Assembly: GCF_009834535.1 (NCBI RefSeq)
Contig: NC_045696.1
Location: 77,564,001 to 77,628,000, forward strand
Direction of reading: 5' to 3'
Length of the DNA stretch: 64,000 bases
Source: Camelus ferus
Lineage: Eukaryota
The notes beneath the pieces are model-generated. The model was given only the letters and a program-made list of their open reading frames with translations. It was not told where the DNA came from and did not search any database. The position numbers were made by a program, and so were the translations under genes. Positions 13,367 through 25,587 of the stretch are shown here, piece by piece (within the stretch, counting starts at the first letter, position 1; the number at the start of each line of letters is the position of its first letter).

Positions 13367-14519
13367 CTAATCCCATTGCTAGAGTCCATCTAGAAAGAGA
13401 AAACAAAACCGAATGGACATGGTGGTGACCAAAAAGGGCTACGTTAAAAAAAAATTCTTTTGCAACTCCCCTTTTAAATTTACCCCACTTGAAGCTCTAA
13501 ACTGCATGAAACAAACCCACTTAAGTGAAAAGTATTTACACTTAATCGGGTGCTTAGAAATCTGTGAAGCTGAAGATCTTCCAGAGTAGCAGATTCTAAT
13601 GAGGCTTTTTTAAGCTAGCAATTTAAACTCATGCAGGAAATACAGATCCATGAGGGCAGCTGGGCAGAATATTTCTTTGCTCTAATAGCACATCGTTTGT
13701 TTTCTCTCCTGGGTTTCATCTGTGCTTCTGTGATAGAACTGTTAATGCTGCTGATGTCTCCTTTGGAATATATGACCCATTTCCCTTCTGTCCAACACAT
13801 GGACTGGCAGTTTAAAATAATTCCTTTCTATTGAGGGAATGTGAGGCCAGGGCACATTTAAATAGCCCTTTAAACCAATGAGATGACAATGGGCTACCTT
13901 CAGAGAATGCTTAATTTTTAGAGTAATTAATTACACATACCACAGGATGTCTCAGGAGAACATGTTTGGCTGGGTCTACCACGTATGAAAATAATTAAGT
14001 TTTTCACTTGAGGCAAAGATGCTGATTCATCATTGGACAGATGGTCACAAATCATCTATTTTATTTTTGCATCACTTATCTTTCCAATGGGGGAACCTTC
14101 AGTTAGTTATTCTGAGTTACGAGAATGGGATAAAACTGGTTGTAAATCCCAGCACCTGTTCTTTTTTATTCCCCCCCCCCCCCCCCGGCCCCAGTGAAAT
14201 TGTATGGGCATTATGAGGAAGAATTTATGAGACACGTAGCTTCTGGTCTGTTTTGCATAATCTTACATCTAGTTGGCATGGTGCTCTACAGTGGTATACT
14301 TATTTTTGTGATGTGCACACAGATACTGTCTAATTTATCTACGATGTACACCACCGTTGGGGTGGACAACCGTCGTGAGCAATGATGTAGTTTGTTTCTT
14401 CCAACGCCTCCATTAAACCAGTGAAGTGGCAGATGACACAGTTGTGCAAAAATACATGAGAGTTGTCGATTATATCACTTTCTGTAACCAAAAGATTTCT
14501 TCTGACACTTTCTGCAGCA

Positions 14520-14730
14520 CTCAGTGTGAAGAACCTGGGTCTGGTCCCCAGAGGGCCCAGCAGAGACACGTGCGTTGACCCCTCTTTATTAGCTGTGGAA
14601 CTTTGGACAAGTCACTCAACCAGGTTTCCCCCTTTTCAAAAATGGGTTATCATAAGGATTCACTCAGGAAGAAAAAAAACAAATAGGTTAAAAAGTCTAG
14701 AACAGCGCCTGACACGTAGCAGGCACAGGT
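14520..14730 (+). mobile_element. MIR within the 3' UTR
   Basis: ttattagctgtggaactttggacaagtcactcaac..tagaacagcgcctgacacgtag. Confidence 0.7.
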
Positions 14731-15314
14731 GTTCGCTGTGTCTGTATCCTTTATTGAGAGACAGAATGGTTCCTGTTTTTTTTTTAACCGTGCCATTAAT
14801 AGCAAAGCTGTAGGTATCTCTTATTATTGTGACTCTTCAAGTTCTTTAGATATACTGCCAACTAATGTTTTCTCAGGACCCAGGATTAACGTAGATGAGA
14901 AATTCTTAAACATCAGTGTACATAGGGATCATCGGGGAAAGCTTGCTGAAGGTCAAGAATCTTAGACTTCCTTCCCCAAAATCCACATTTGGAGGAGTGC
15001 TGATTTAACGTAGGGCTAACATGTCCTCTCAGAAGAGCATTTTCCTCAGTGCTGTCCTTCCTGACTGCGGGTGCCACGTGGAGACTCTCTCCACCTCCCT
15101 CAAGTACCCAGTCTGTGTGCCCTTTGCGTGGTTCCCCTGGGACAGTCATGTGTGTTAGGTATAGTCAGAGAATGAACTCGTCCTTAACTTAAGAAGCAGT
15201 GATTGCAGCCCACACAGCATCTGATTCAATGGCTGGTTACATAGAATGTACTGGAAAATATTTATAACCCTATTACCCCCGAGAAAGTGTGAGATACTCT
15301 GCATGAGAAAGCAA

Positions 15315-15410
15315 AGAGGCTTAAATTCTAGCAGCACTTTTGTTACCAGCTGGGGTAACTCTACCCCAGTTCCTGAATCACTTTGTCTTCAGTTGCTGCA
15401 TCTGACGGGG
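15315..15410 (+). mobile_element. MIR fragment within the 3' UTR
   Basis: ttaccagctggggtaact..tgtcttcagttgctgcatctg, MIR core-like. Confidence 0.5.
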
Positions 15411-15720
15411 GCACTGACGCTTTCCCTCCCTGAATGTGACCTTCCGGGGCTTAGACCAGGATGTCTCAGGCTTCCCTTTGACTCTGGAATCTGTACTTTT
15501 TCACAGAGGGCAGCATCCCATGTGTACCTTGCCTATACTCAAAACTGCAGTGGTGCACATCTGCCACATTTTCTTTGGAGAATAACCATTTCTGATTCAT
15601 TATGTCCTGGTACACTATTATGCACGAAGGATTATGAGACGTACCAGGCACCCAGATATCTCAGCAACAAATTAAACCTACTACCAACTTACTGAAAACA
15701 CATGTTAACTTGCATAGGAT

Positions 15721-15726
15721 TTTATT
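15721..15726 (-). terminator. NAALADL2: Candidate proximal poly(A) signal
   Basis: Minus strand AATAAA-atcctatgcaagttaaCA-TGTGTTTT: canonical hexamer, CA about 18 nt downstream (15703-15704), then a GU/U-rich element. Confidence 0.6.
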
Positions 15727-18161
15727 TACTTGGATCTATTAAGGAAAAATTAAAATCATAGAAATTTGAAGAAACCCTGAGTTAATCAGACTATAGCAGT
15801 AACGTTCCTCATTAAGAGGTTTGTTGCAGTCAGAGATATAGAGCAGCATTTGTAGACTTGTGGACGTCCGTTTCAATTCAGTTTCTTCACATAATCTCTT
15901 AAACAGTCTAATAAAAACATGTTAGTCCATAGTTAACTTCAGTTTTCAAATAGAAAATACCATATCATTTAGAAGTTAAAAACACAGAATAGTGAGGTTT
16001 CGATCCGTGCAGTGTGGTTTAGCTAAAAGTACACAACCTTCAAACAAACGTACATTTTGTGCTCTTTCAACACTATTAACAAATGAAGAGACTGAACTGA
16101 CCTAGGATTTTGTCCCAAAAGGATAAACTACCACACTGATGATTATTTGTCTTAGTTTTTAATTCAATTCCAAAGGAAGAACTGGAAGGAACACATTGAA
16201 CCTTGATTCAGTATTTCAGCTCCTTTGGTACAAGGTATCCTATTATTTGACCTGACAGGCATCTATATGTGTATTCCTCCTATGTCTTTTCTGCTGTTTC
16301 TGTGGAGCAAGAGAGGCCAGTGATGTTGAGGCATGTGGGGGCTTGGTTCTTTAGCCCTTTGCTGTAGACATTGCTCCACATGGCAAATACTTTCAAACAA
16401 ACATTAACATACATTGGTTAAGAAATCTGTGTTGTAAGGTAGTTGCATTTCTTATGTAAAATATGTGCACACAGGCAGTTCAGATGGAAACACATTCCTG
16501 CCTGAATTATAGAGCTAATTGCCTCAATTCTCTTCTTTGCCTTAAGCGTATGAACATTACTTATGGTAGGAACAGCTGACCCTTATAAATCAATTAATCA
16601 AAACTGATGAATTCTTTCCCCACATTCTTAGTTTTCCTTTAAACAATGATTACGTTCATGTTCATCCATAAGAAGTGAAGACTTTGACATCTGGGCAGTG
16701 TCTGTGAAGTTGCTCTGGAGGTGTATGGTGGGAACGTGGGTTTGAATGTTGTGTTAGGCAGAGAAATAATTCACATGAGATGGTCTGAGGATGTCTCCTA
16801 AGGGGAACTGCTTTATCCAATACCAAATCAATTTTTAAAGGTAAGCTAAAAGTTTAAATTGCCACCTAGTAGAATTCTGGGGTCTTGGGGAAGAGAGGAT
16901 ACTAAGGCCACTCGATGACAATGTCAGTAGACAAGCTGCATTTTCAACATAAGAAAAAAACTGAAGTGTGGGAAAGACACACTCTTACAGTAACACCATA
17001 TTTTCTGCATAAAAGTAGAAGCATGAATATTTTCTATGTTGTCATCTCAGTCACAATTAAGGATAAAGATGGGAAAAATATCCAGTTTCTTTGTAGACTT
17101 AAGGAGGTTTTCGTTGATCAATACAACTATTTTGTTCATAGTAAGTCTTTTTGTTGGCAGAAATAGGAATTTGATGCTTTTTCAGATATTTCGGGATTTT
17201 TCAAAGAAAAAATTTGCTACTTTCCTGTGAAAATTACATGGTATTCTGTGAAAACTGCCTTGCAGCAAGTTCAAGAAAAGTACACGAAGGGGGAGAGGTG
17301 ATGTGCGATGCTTTCATTTTAGAGTAGCTCTGTTTCAGTGCTTCCAACGGAAATGACACAGGAGGAAATAAGAGACGTTTCCTCCTGCATAAGATATACA
17401 TCACTCCTGAAATTTTTATAGAATCAACTGAGACAAATCAGGGGCTTCAAAGCTACTCAGCTTATGAGTTGTTAGGGGAAAAAAAATTTACATTTAAATT
17501 GCTCTGTGCAGCTACCTTGAGATTTTCCCCTGGAATGTTTATGGCTCTTTTTTTCATTAATACTTTAAAAAAATACAATTTCATAACCAGTGTATTACTA
17601 CATCTAGTTGTGTTATGAACAGGCACTTCATTTCATAAAATAGACACATTCAAAGTGGTTTTGGTCAACCAGTCACTCCGTCGGAATACTTGTTCTTCAT
17701 GTTGAATACTTAATAGTGAAGTTAATCTGAAACCATGTCAACTGGCCACTTCTATGACAGAGACTAGGTCATTAAAGCTCTAACATAGGGAATAATTTCT
17801 GTTTCTATGTGTTTTACCCATAGGAGCAAAGATTGTCTAAAACATCTTGGAAATTTTCCCCCCAAATATTTTTATATATATATATATAAAAATACAGCAG
17901 ATTTCTTTTTAATAGATAAATCTTAACTATTATTTCAATAACTTGCTTTTGCATAATCAGAAAGATAGATATGAAGAAAAATATTAAATGTGCAAAATGC
18001 TCTTTTTACATGTATATTAAAAAAATACAAAGTAAGAATAACTTTATGCTTATATAAAAAGTCATTGGGGGGAAAAAGTCTTTAATGTCAGAAAATCTGG
18101 TCAGATTAGAACTTTCGCTTGAGGAACTGTAAACAAACTTTTTAAAATGCTGAGAGTTTTC

Positions 18162-18360
18162 TCAGTTCTTTCCAACTAAGACACTCTCGAACACATCGAG
18201 TCCTGCTTTGAAGTAAAGCTGAGCTGCACTGATGCTGTTCAGCACCTCTGACACAGCTTCTTGAAGGGTCTCATTTGATGCAAGTGACTTGCAGTGCTCC
18301 CAAGCCTCCAGGAGTATTGAAAACTGGCTTGTCTTCCCATCAAGGTGATACAGGATATTT
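18162..18360 (-). CDS. NAALADL2: Terminal coding exon of N-acetylated alpha-linked acidic dipeptidase-like 2 (M28B family), C-terminal 65 aa plus stop
   Basis: Minus strand reads ...cttcctccttctgtatttcttttttAG|A AAT ATC CTG..., a phase-2 acceptor. It translates without interruption as NILYHLDGKTSQFSILLEAWEHCKSLASNETLQEAVSEVLNSISAAQLYFKAGLDVFESVLVGKN-TGA (stop at 18162-18164). This closely matches the human NAALADL2 C-terminus as I recall it (..GFYRNILYHLDEKTSRFSILIEAWEHCKPLASNETLQEALSEVLNSINSAQVYFKAGLDVFKSVLDGKN). Confidence 0.95.
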
Positions 18361-18387
18361 CTAAAAAAGAAATACAGAAGGAGGAAG
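18361..18387 (-). promoter_or_regulatory. NAALADL2: 3' splice acceptor and polypyrimidine tract of the last NAALADL2 intron
   Basis: Minus strand CTTCCTCCTTCTGTATTTCTTTTTTAG lies immediately before the in-frame exon. Confidence 0.92.
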
Positions 18388-18824
18388 TGTTTTATGCAGT
18401 GCTATTTTCATATCAAACGTCATAAAGATATTTCCAAGAAACAGTGACGTTTGTAATAAGTGAAGAAATTATAAAAATACAGTATTATCATTTTTGGCCT
18501 CTATGAATGGATATAGACATTTACCATCAAAAGTTCCCTATAGTGATGAGAGAGAAGGAGAGGAGGAGATTGTATGTACCTCTTGATGGAATTACACAAT
18601 ACTATCTATGAAAAAAAGTAGTTTTGCTAAAAAAAAAAAAAAAGTTGAATCTGAATCTGATGAGGCTTCTCAATCTAATGTCTAATAAATAATGAGGGAA
18701 AGAAAAATACATAAATTATACTATGGTTTTGTCATCAGCAACATACTGTGGGAAATTCTATAGGACAAATGATCCAGTTTATTCAAAAAATAAATTGCAG
18801 TAAGAAATAAGGAGGAGCCTCCAG

Positions 18825-19426
18825 ACTAGGATTTCTCAGCCTTGCATTATTGACACTGGGCGGTAGAGCAGGCAGGGAGCGGGTGGGGGGATAATTGTTC
18901 ATTGTGGCCGCGGTCCTGTGCATTGTAGCATGTTTAGCAGTATCCCTGACCTCCACCCACTCGATACCAGTAGCATCCCGTCCTTGAGTTGTCTGTGAGA
19001 TGGGGCTGCTGTCGTAGAATACCATAGACTGGTGGCTTAAACAACAAATATTTATTTCTCACAGTTCTGAAGGCTGTAATTCCATGAGCAGGGTGCCAGC
19101 GTGGTTAGATTCTTGGTGAGAGGTCGCTTCCTAGTTATAGTCTGACAAGGTCTTGTGCATGCACACAGAGTGATCTGTGACTTCTCTTCTTTTTCATAAG
19201 GACATTAGTCCCGTCAAGAGGACCCCACCTGCATGACCTAATCTAACCTGCGTTACTTCCCAAAGGCCCATCTCCAAATACTATCCCATTGAGGTTAGGA
19301 TTTTAACATATGCATTTTGGGAGAACACAAACGTTCAGTCCATAGCTGTTGTGAAAACCAAAAATGTCTCCAGACTGCCAGAATGGTCCCTTACAGGACA
19401 AAATTGCCCCCAGTTGAGTATAGCTG
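18825..19426 (+). mobile_element. MER20 (hAT-Charlie), split by an MLT1 LTR
   Basis: gtcctgtgcattgtagcatgtttagcagtatccctgacctccacccac... and ...aaccaaaaatgtctccagac..aaattgcccccagttgag. Confidence 0.85.
18993..19347 (-). mobile_element. MLT1A-like MaLR solo LTR
   Basis: accatagactggtggcttaaacaacaaatatttatttctcacagttctg..ttcagtccatagc; GTTGT on both sides (18988-18992, 19348-19352). Confidence 0.85.
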
Positions 19427-20139
19427 CTTTAGACCAAACAAAACATATCAACCAGTCACAAAGTATAGACTTGACTAGGTCTGTTCTCAAACAAAAAAAT
19501 GAAATGTCGTACAAAACTGAATACTAATTAAAGACTTACTAAGAAGTTGTTAACATTTTGGGTATGATAATGATATCAGTACGATTTCAAAGTGTCCTTC
19601 TAGAAATACATACAGTAATATTTGCAAGTGAAATGCTATTTATTATATTTGCTTCAAAATATTTAGAAGGAAAAAGGGTGGAGATATGGACAGTGCAAGT
19701 AGAACAAGACCGACTATTAATTAATAATTGTTGAAATTGGGTAGTGGATTCATTATACTGTTCTCTCCCTTTGTATATGTTTGACATCTAGATGTCTTCT
19801 CCGAAGTGTAGAGTGTGTAATAAGATGCTACCTTGAAATGTATCCAAATATCCGAGGAAGAGGAATTTGGCCTTGGGCATGTCTAAAGAGGTTCCTTTTA
19901 TTCACTGATTGATAGAAGGAGGTACATTTTGGGAGAACACTATGGATCATTGCATCGTTTGACTTATTTCCAACCCAAACTAGCTGAAATAGCTGAAATG
20001 TTATGGTCTAATAAGAGAGGCAGCTGTGTAAATAATTAAAATATAGTTGTCTAATTGTCATATTAGACGTGTAAGGTCTAGTGATAACAGACGACAGACT
20101 GCTGCTGGCAAAGTTCAGAAAAAAGTTTATAATGGAGAA

Positions 20140-20600
20140 TATTTCAGCTTTATCTTGAAGGATGATGGGAATTGCCAGTTACTGGGGTTTTGGAAAGGAG
20201 ACAAGCTAGAAAGTGGAGACAGCACCCTATGCAGGAGGAATAGCACGGGCAGGGTATGGATTTGTAAAACAGCTTGGTGTCCTCCGTGCATCATTACCAG
20301 TGTTTCTCTATGACCACAGTGCAAGGCCAGAGACGGAAGCTTTGGGAGAAGAGCTGGGAGAGCAAAAGTCATGACCATGTCATGCATGGTCTTCCCTATC
20401 AGGCTAAGGAGGTTACAGTTTTTCTCGGGCAATAGGAAACTAATGAAAGTTTTTAACCAAGTAAGAAAGGTTATTAGATTGTATTTTGGAATAATTACTT
20501 TGGTTGTAATATAAAGCCTAGAGAACTGCTCAGTCCAGATGAAAAGTGACAAAGATGTGAGTTACACAATGGTAGTTAAGTTTGAGAAAATGGAGCAAGG
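20140..20600 (-). mobile_element. L2 fragment
   Basis: caggctaaggaggttacagtt..ggcaataggaaactaatgaaagttttaa..agattgtattttggaataattact. Confidence 0.7.
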
Positions 20601-21662
20601 GCCACAGTACAAGATTTAATTAACTTACATGTTTCCCTAGCACCAACCTCATTTTTATATAGAGTTCTGGGCCATCATTTCCCATCTTATCAAGGCTCCA
20701 CTACCTCAACTGCTCCCGAACTTCCCACTCTGTATTCTGTGGTGGTGAATGGGCACTGAAATTTACCTAATTGCTCATGCCAGAACCCTGCAAGTCACTC
20801 CTTTTCCTTAAATATCCAACTGCTTTCTGCAGATACTTAGTTCTTTTCTTCTCTGTTGTGGGACCCTGATCCCTATATTTCAAGATACACTACGGTATTA
20901 TTGCTTTACATGTCAGGGGTGAGAGATACCTTGCCTCTTCAGCAGATTTCATTCTGCGTTGTGAACATAGGAGGTCTTGCATTATGCCTCTATTTAATTG
21001 ACTTAAATTTTTATCAGGCTTTGTTCAGTGACAAGAATTTAGTAGACCCTCTAATGTCAGTATAAATGACCTCAATTCAGGTTCTTTTGCATTTTAAGCA
21101 TCAACTAACTTAAAAATAGCAGATTTTGGGGTCAACTATTATCAGTTGATAATAGTACCTGTTGGGTGGCAGTGGGACAGAAGATCCTTGAATTCAGAGA
21201 TTACTTCAATATTTTTTTTTTCACAATGTATTATTTGAAATGGGAACTATATCTAATAATCCAATATCCTTGATCTTTGTTCCTGTGAGTACACTTGACA
21301 TTAAATGAATTAAAAGAGCAGTGCAAGGAAGATACTTCTTTATATTCCAAATATTCTTGAAAGCAGGTATAACCTGTGCATTAAGAAACACATATTCCCT
21401 GGCTACAGAAGGGAGAAAAACATCTTCCAAATGGAGTGGCAAGTGGGTCACGAGCAGTGCTTTGGCTGTGAGCGGTACTCTGAGAAAAAATGTGGATCTA
21501 CTTTTACAAGAACAGTCCTTGAAATAGGGACTTCTCTTCTGCTATCTCCACAGTATTAATAAGGTTAAAGAGATGTTCAGAAGAAGCCACCGCACTATGT
21601 TAAAACAATCCTATAAGCAATTATATATAAATACACATAAATACAAGTATACATGTGTTTTT

Positions 21663-22191
21663 TTTAACTTCAAGGATAGTCAGTTACAATGCATTAATTT
21701 CTGGTGTACAGCACAATGTCCCCAGTCATGCATATACATACATATATTTGTTTTCATATTCTTTTTCATTAAAGATTATTATAAGATATTGAATATAATT
21801 CCCTGTGCTATACGGAAGAAACTTTTTTTAAAATCTATTTTTATATATAATGGCTAACATTTGCAAGTCTCAAACTCCCAATTTATTCCTTCCCATCCCC
21901 TTTCCCCAGTAACCATAAGATTGTTTATGATGTCTGTGAGTCTGTTTCTGTTTTGTAGATGAGTTCATTAGTGTCCTTTTCTTCCTTTTTTTAGATTCCA
22001 CATGTGAGTGATATATGGTATTTTTCTTTCTCTTTCTGGCTTACTTCACTTAGAATGACAATCTCTAGGTCCATCCATGTTGCTGCAAATGGCATTATTT
22101 TATTCCTTTTTATAGCTGAGTAGTATTCCATTCTACAAATATACCACAACTTCTTTAGTAATCTGTCAGTGGACATTTAGGTTGCTTCCAT
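21663..22191 (-). mobile_element. Young 5'-truncated L1 with target-site duplication
   Basis: ORF2 end (MEYYSAIKRNKIMPFAATWMDLE). TSD gta(t/c)acatgtgttttt at 21647-21662 and 22192-22207. Confidence 0.92.
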
Positions 22192-25100
22192 GTACACATG
22201 TGTTTTTATGTGTAAAAGTTAAGTTTTTATTGTATCAAAATGACTCAAACAAAACAGAATTAGCAAAACACCTAATGAGAGTTTCAGTAAATATTATAAT
22301 ATTTATATTTTATATCATTAAAGGAGGAGGAGAGTGGTAAAATAAACCATAATACAAAGAAACCTTGATACAAACATGGAATTTTCCCAAATGAAGGTGA
22401 AACTGCCTCAGATAATCACATGTATTTGCCTACAGAAGCTGTAAAAAAGTTACTTTCATGTTAACCTAGTCCCTAATTGCCATAAAAAAGGAGTGGGTTT
22501 TTGGTGTCAGGATATCTATCAAATATGTTTAAATTTACAGTGAACCATTTGAAAAGATAGATAGGTAGATAGATAAACACTGATTTAATATTTAAGGTGT
22601 TTTGAGGATAAAAACAGTTTTAAATACATTTGAATTATTCAATCACTTAAAGTATTTGTGGACAATTTATACTGTTTTATCATTAAGAATAACAAAATTA
22701 GTATAACAATATTTAATCATCTTTCATAACATTTATAGTTTTGAGTTCTCTCCCTCTAGTTCATCAATTTCATATTTAATTATAAATCATTTCTTGGCAA
22801 ATAATACTTCTAGAACTTAAGAGTGTAAAAATAATTTCAAAAGCTGTACCAAATACTTCCATTCCTTGAGGACATACTGCTCAGTGTGCTGAAAAACAAA
22901 AATATTATAATCATTGTTATCCAGAACTGCCCCTTTAAATGACTTGAGTTGTAACCAGTGTAATTAATACATTATGGGGAGCATGATTTTGGGAGCTGTT
23001 ATAGTGACTTTTCTGGCTATGTAAACCCCCCTGGCATGAAATACATTGCCATATACATATTCTATGGTTATTAAATGTTAAATATTATTAATATTCTATT
23101 TAATGATAAGATATTAATAAAACATGCTCATAAAAGTTACAGGATTAATCCCTCAATGACAACTCATTTAAGCATGAGCACAATCTCGAATATACTGATG
23201 TAAAACCTCAGCCATAACTGGTACAAAATAATCTAGAAAAGAGATAATGTGGAAGAATAAAAATACACCCTAAAATGAGTGTTCAGGTCTAAAGCACAAG
23301 ACACACAATTACTGTCTTTTTTTTTAAACTGGAAAGCAATACGTAAATTTCTTAAAGACCAGTGCAGTGGAGTCTGCAGTGTGCCAACATTTGCTTTTCC
23401 TAACTAGTAAGCAACACAGTAATACTTTTATAATGACTGTAAACAAGCCATGTGAATAGAAATGGATTCTTTTTTGGTTCGTGAAATTGTACAAGGAGCT
23501 AAACACATTTTCCATATGCTACATGATTCAAGTAGTAGGCTGTGGCAAGCTATTATGTAAGATAAACACTCATATCCATTTCTACTCAAATTGGATACAA
23601 ATCAGCTTAAAACTATAGATACTTAAGATTCTGGGTGAAGATTAGTGACTGGGACTCTTTCATCATAATTTAAGAGAAAAATCTTCATTTGGGATAGTTG
23701 CTGATGTAACTTAAGTCACTTGATCTTTGTTATAATAGAATTTTTTGTTTTTACCTTGATAGATTGCTGTACCTTAAAAGCAAATTGAGGATGACAAAAA
23801 TACCTTTAAATTTTCATGAGGAGGATAATTTCTCCTACGGTTTTCAGAAGTAGCTTATCTTTTACTAGTTCTCTTTGGTGTACTAAAAACCACTTAGCTT
23901 CCTGCTTACGGAAAACAAATTTCTGTAGAGCCCCTTTCCAAAAAAGTATCGTATTATTTTAGTTTTAATATTTGAATGGAAGACAAAAAACCCAGCCAGG
24001 TTTTTACATTTTATCACATTTGTTTACATATACTTATTAGTTCTGAGAACTTCCTTACCTGTTCAGTCAATAACCCCAAGTACCCTGGGATCATCCCTGG
24101 GGAGCAAAAAACTACTATTGTTCCAATTTTTAATATGCAAATGATTCTCGCCTTTGAAAATATTTCACTTAGATCAGTGTTTCTGATGGGAGCTTCTAAG
24201 CCAAAAGATCTTTGTATTCCCATGTTATGTGACCAAAATTCAACCTCAGTTAAATGGAGTTAAAAGATGTCATCAATATATACTGTATCGGAATACTCAA
24301 ATATGTCTCACCTTCTCAGTGACAGAATTGTGTTTTTCAGATGAGGACAGACTAGGAATTGACAAATAGGCAGTCAAAAGGGACATGTCAGGCAGGAAAA
24401 AAGGGTGGAAAGAAAGTGAGAAAACACCCTTGAAGAGATTCCATGTCAAGAATCTGTTCTTTATAACCACAAGGAATCACACTCCTCTCTGAACTGTTGC
24501 TGCTCTTAGATATCCCTGCTTTAGTTCGATTCAGAAAAATTTGCTGGCAGAAAGAATAGACTGTGTTATTAATTCAATAAATTACCATTCTATTTGCATA
24601 CACACAACATGTATCTCAGTATGGCATGCAGAGACATCAGACCTAATTAAAATATTATTTAATTGAAATCATTTTAGTAGTTACCGTGTTTAAAATAACA
24701 TTAATTCTACCCTCATGCCTATCTTCTCTCATCTGTAACAATTTGGATCTTATAAATGTAATTCATACAGTCATCGTGACCCACACACAACACAAAGAGA
24801 CTACTAAAAGGAAAGTGTAATACATTATTGATGACACTAATGAAATTACAACACACATCACTCATTTTAATGGGTCTGTCTCAATGACACATCACGGTGA
24901 CCAGGAAAGAACAGCGCCAAACTCAGAAACCTAATTAATAACTCCCGGCAGCATCAGTGAAGGAGATGAAGCATCTTTACTCAACTGACAAATCTTTTCC
25001 ACTCAGTTAAAGAGAAGGAAAACTGAAGAAAATGAATTTTGAAACAAAGGCATCTAAAGTTTTCATGAGTCATTTCCTGGTGTGTGAATTAGCAAATTAA

Positions 25101-25587
25101 CAATGGAAACAATGCCTCTCTTTCAAATGTTCCTTCTTGGATTCATAAATGGGTGAAGGATGCCACCCATTCTAAATTTTAATTAATATTCATTATACCC
25201 CACGTTGAGGAATTCCTAAGTGAAATCACACTAAATCATAAGTCATGCCTTTGAAAACTGACTGGGTATACATCCTGAACATCGAGAGAAAAGGTCAGCT
25301 CAGTTCCTTACAGTTGTTGCTAACTCTTTTTCATGATTATACTAACTGTACTATAGGGATAGTTAACGGTGGATTATTGTATTTTAATCAACATTAGAAA
25401 AGATTATTTGACTTTGATATTATGTCCATGAGAATTCACAAAATACATGGCTGTACTCTATAGTACAGATGTCCACTCAGCTAAATTTGAATGTGGTCTA
25501 AACTAGCAAAAGCAGAATAAGACTTAAGACCATTATTGTTGTTGTCAAGCCATCAACTCACTCTGCAGACACCTAAGGCAGAAAGAT

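Larger units (their letters stand above)
10935..18161 (-). other. NAALADL2: Long 3' UTR of NAALADL2 (up to ~7.2 kb; shorter ~2.4 kb isoform plausible)
   Basis: Follows the stop codon. AT-rich and free of L1/LTR insertions, unlike both flanks. Bounded by an AATAAA with UGUA upstream and a GU-rich tract downstream. The extent is inferred. Confidence 0.6.
18565..19790 (+). mobile_element. L1MC4/5-like 3' end hosting nested MER20 and MLT1
   Basis: tgaatctgaatctgatgaggcttct; tgtgggaaattctataggacaaatgatccagtt; resumes with ctagaaatacatacagtaatatttgcaagtgaaatg. Confidence 0.75.

Noticed and set aside
14194..14813. ORFs with transmembrane-like stretches on the plus strand
   Set aside because: Antisense to the 3' UTR, partly MIR-derived, non-ATG starts, and no recognisable homology.
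15350..15369. 8-bp hairpin ctggggta-actc-taccccag in the UTR
   Set aside because: Too short to be significant and lies in a decayed MIR.
15246..15695. 149-aa ATG-initiated ORF
   Set aside because: Overlaps a MIR fragment, has random-like composition, and is antisense to the UTR with no supporting gene structure.
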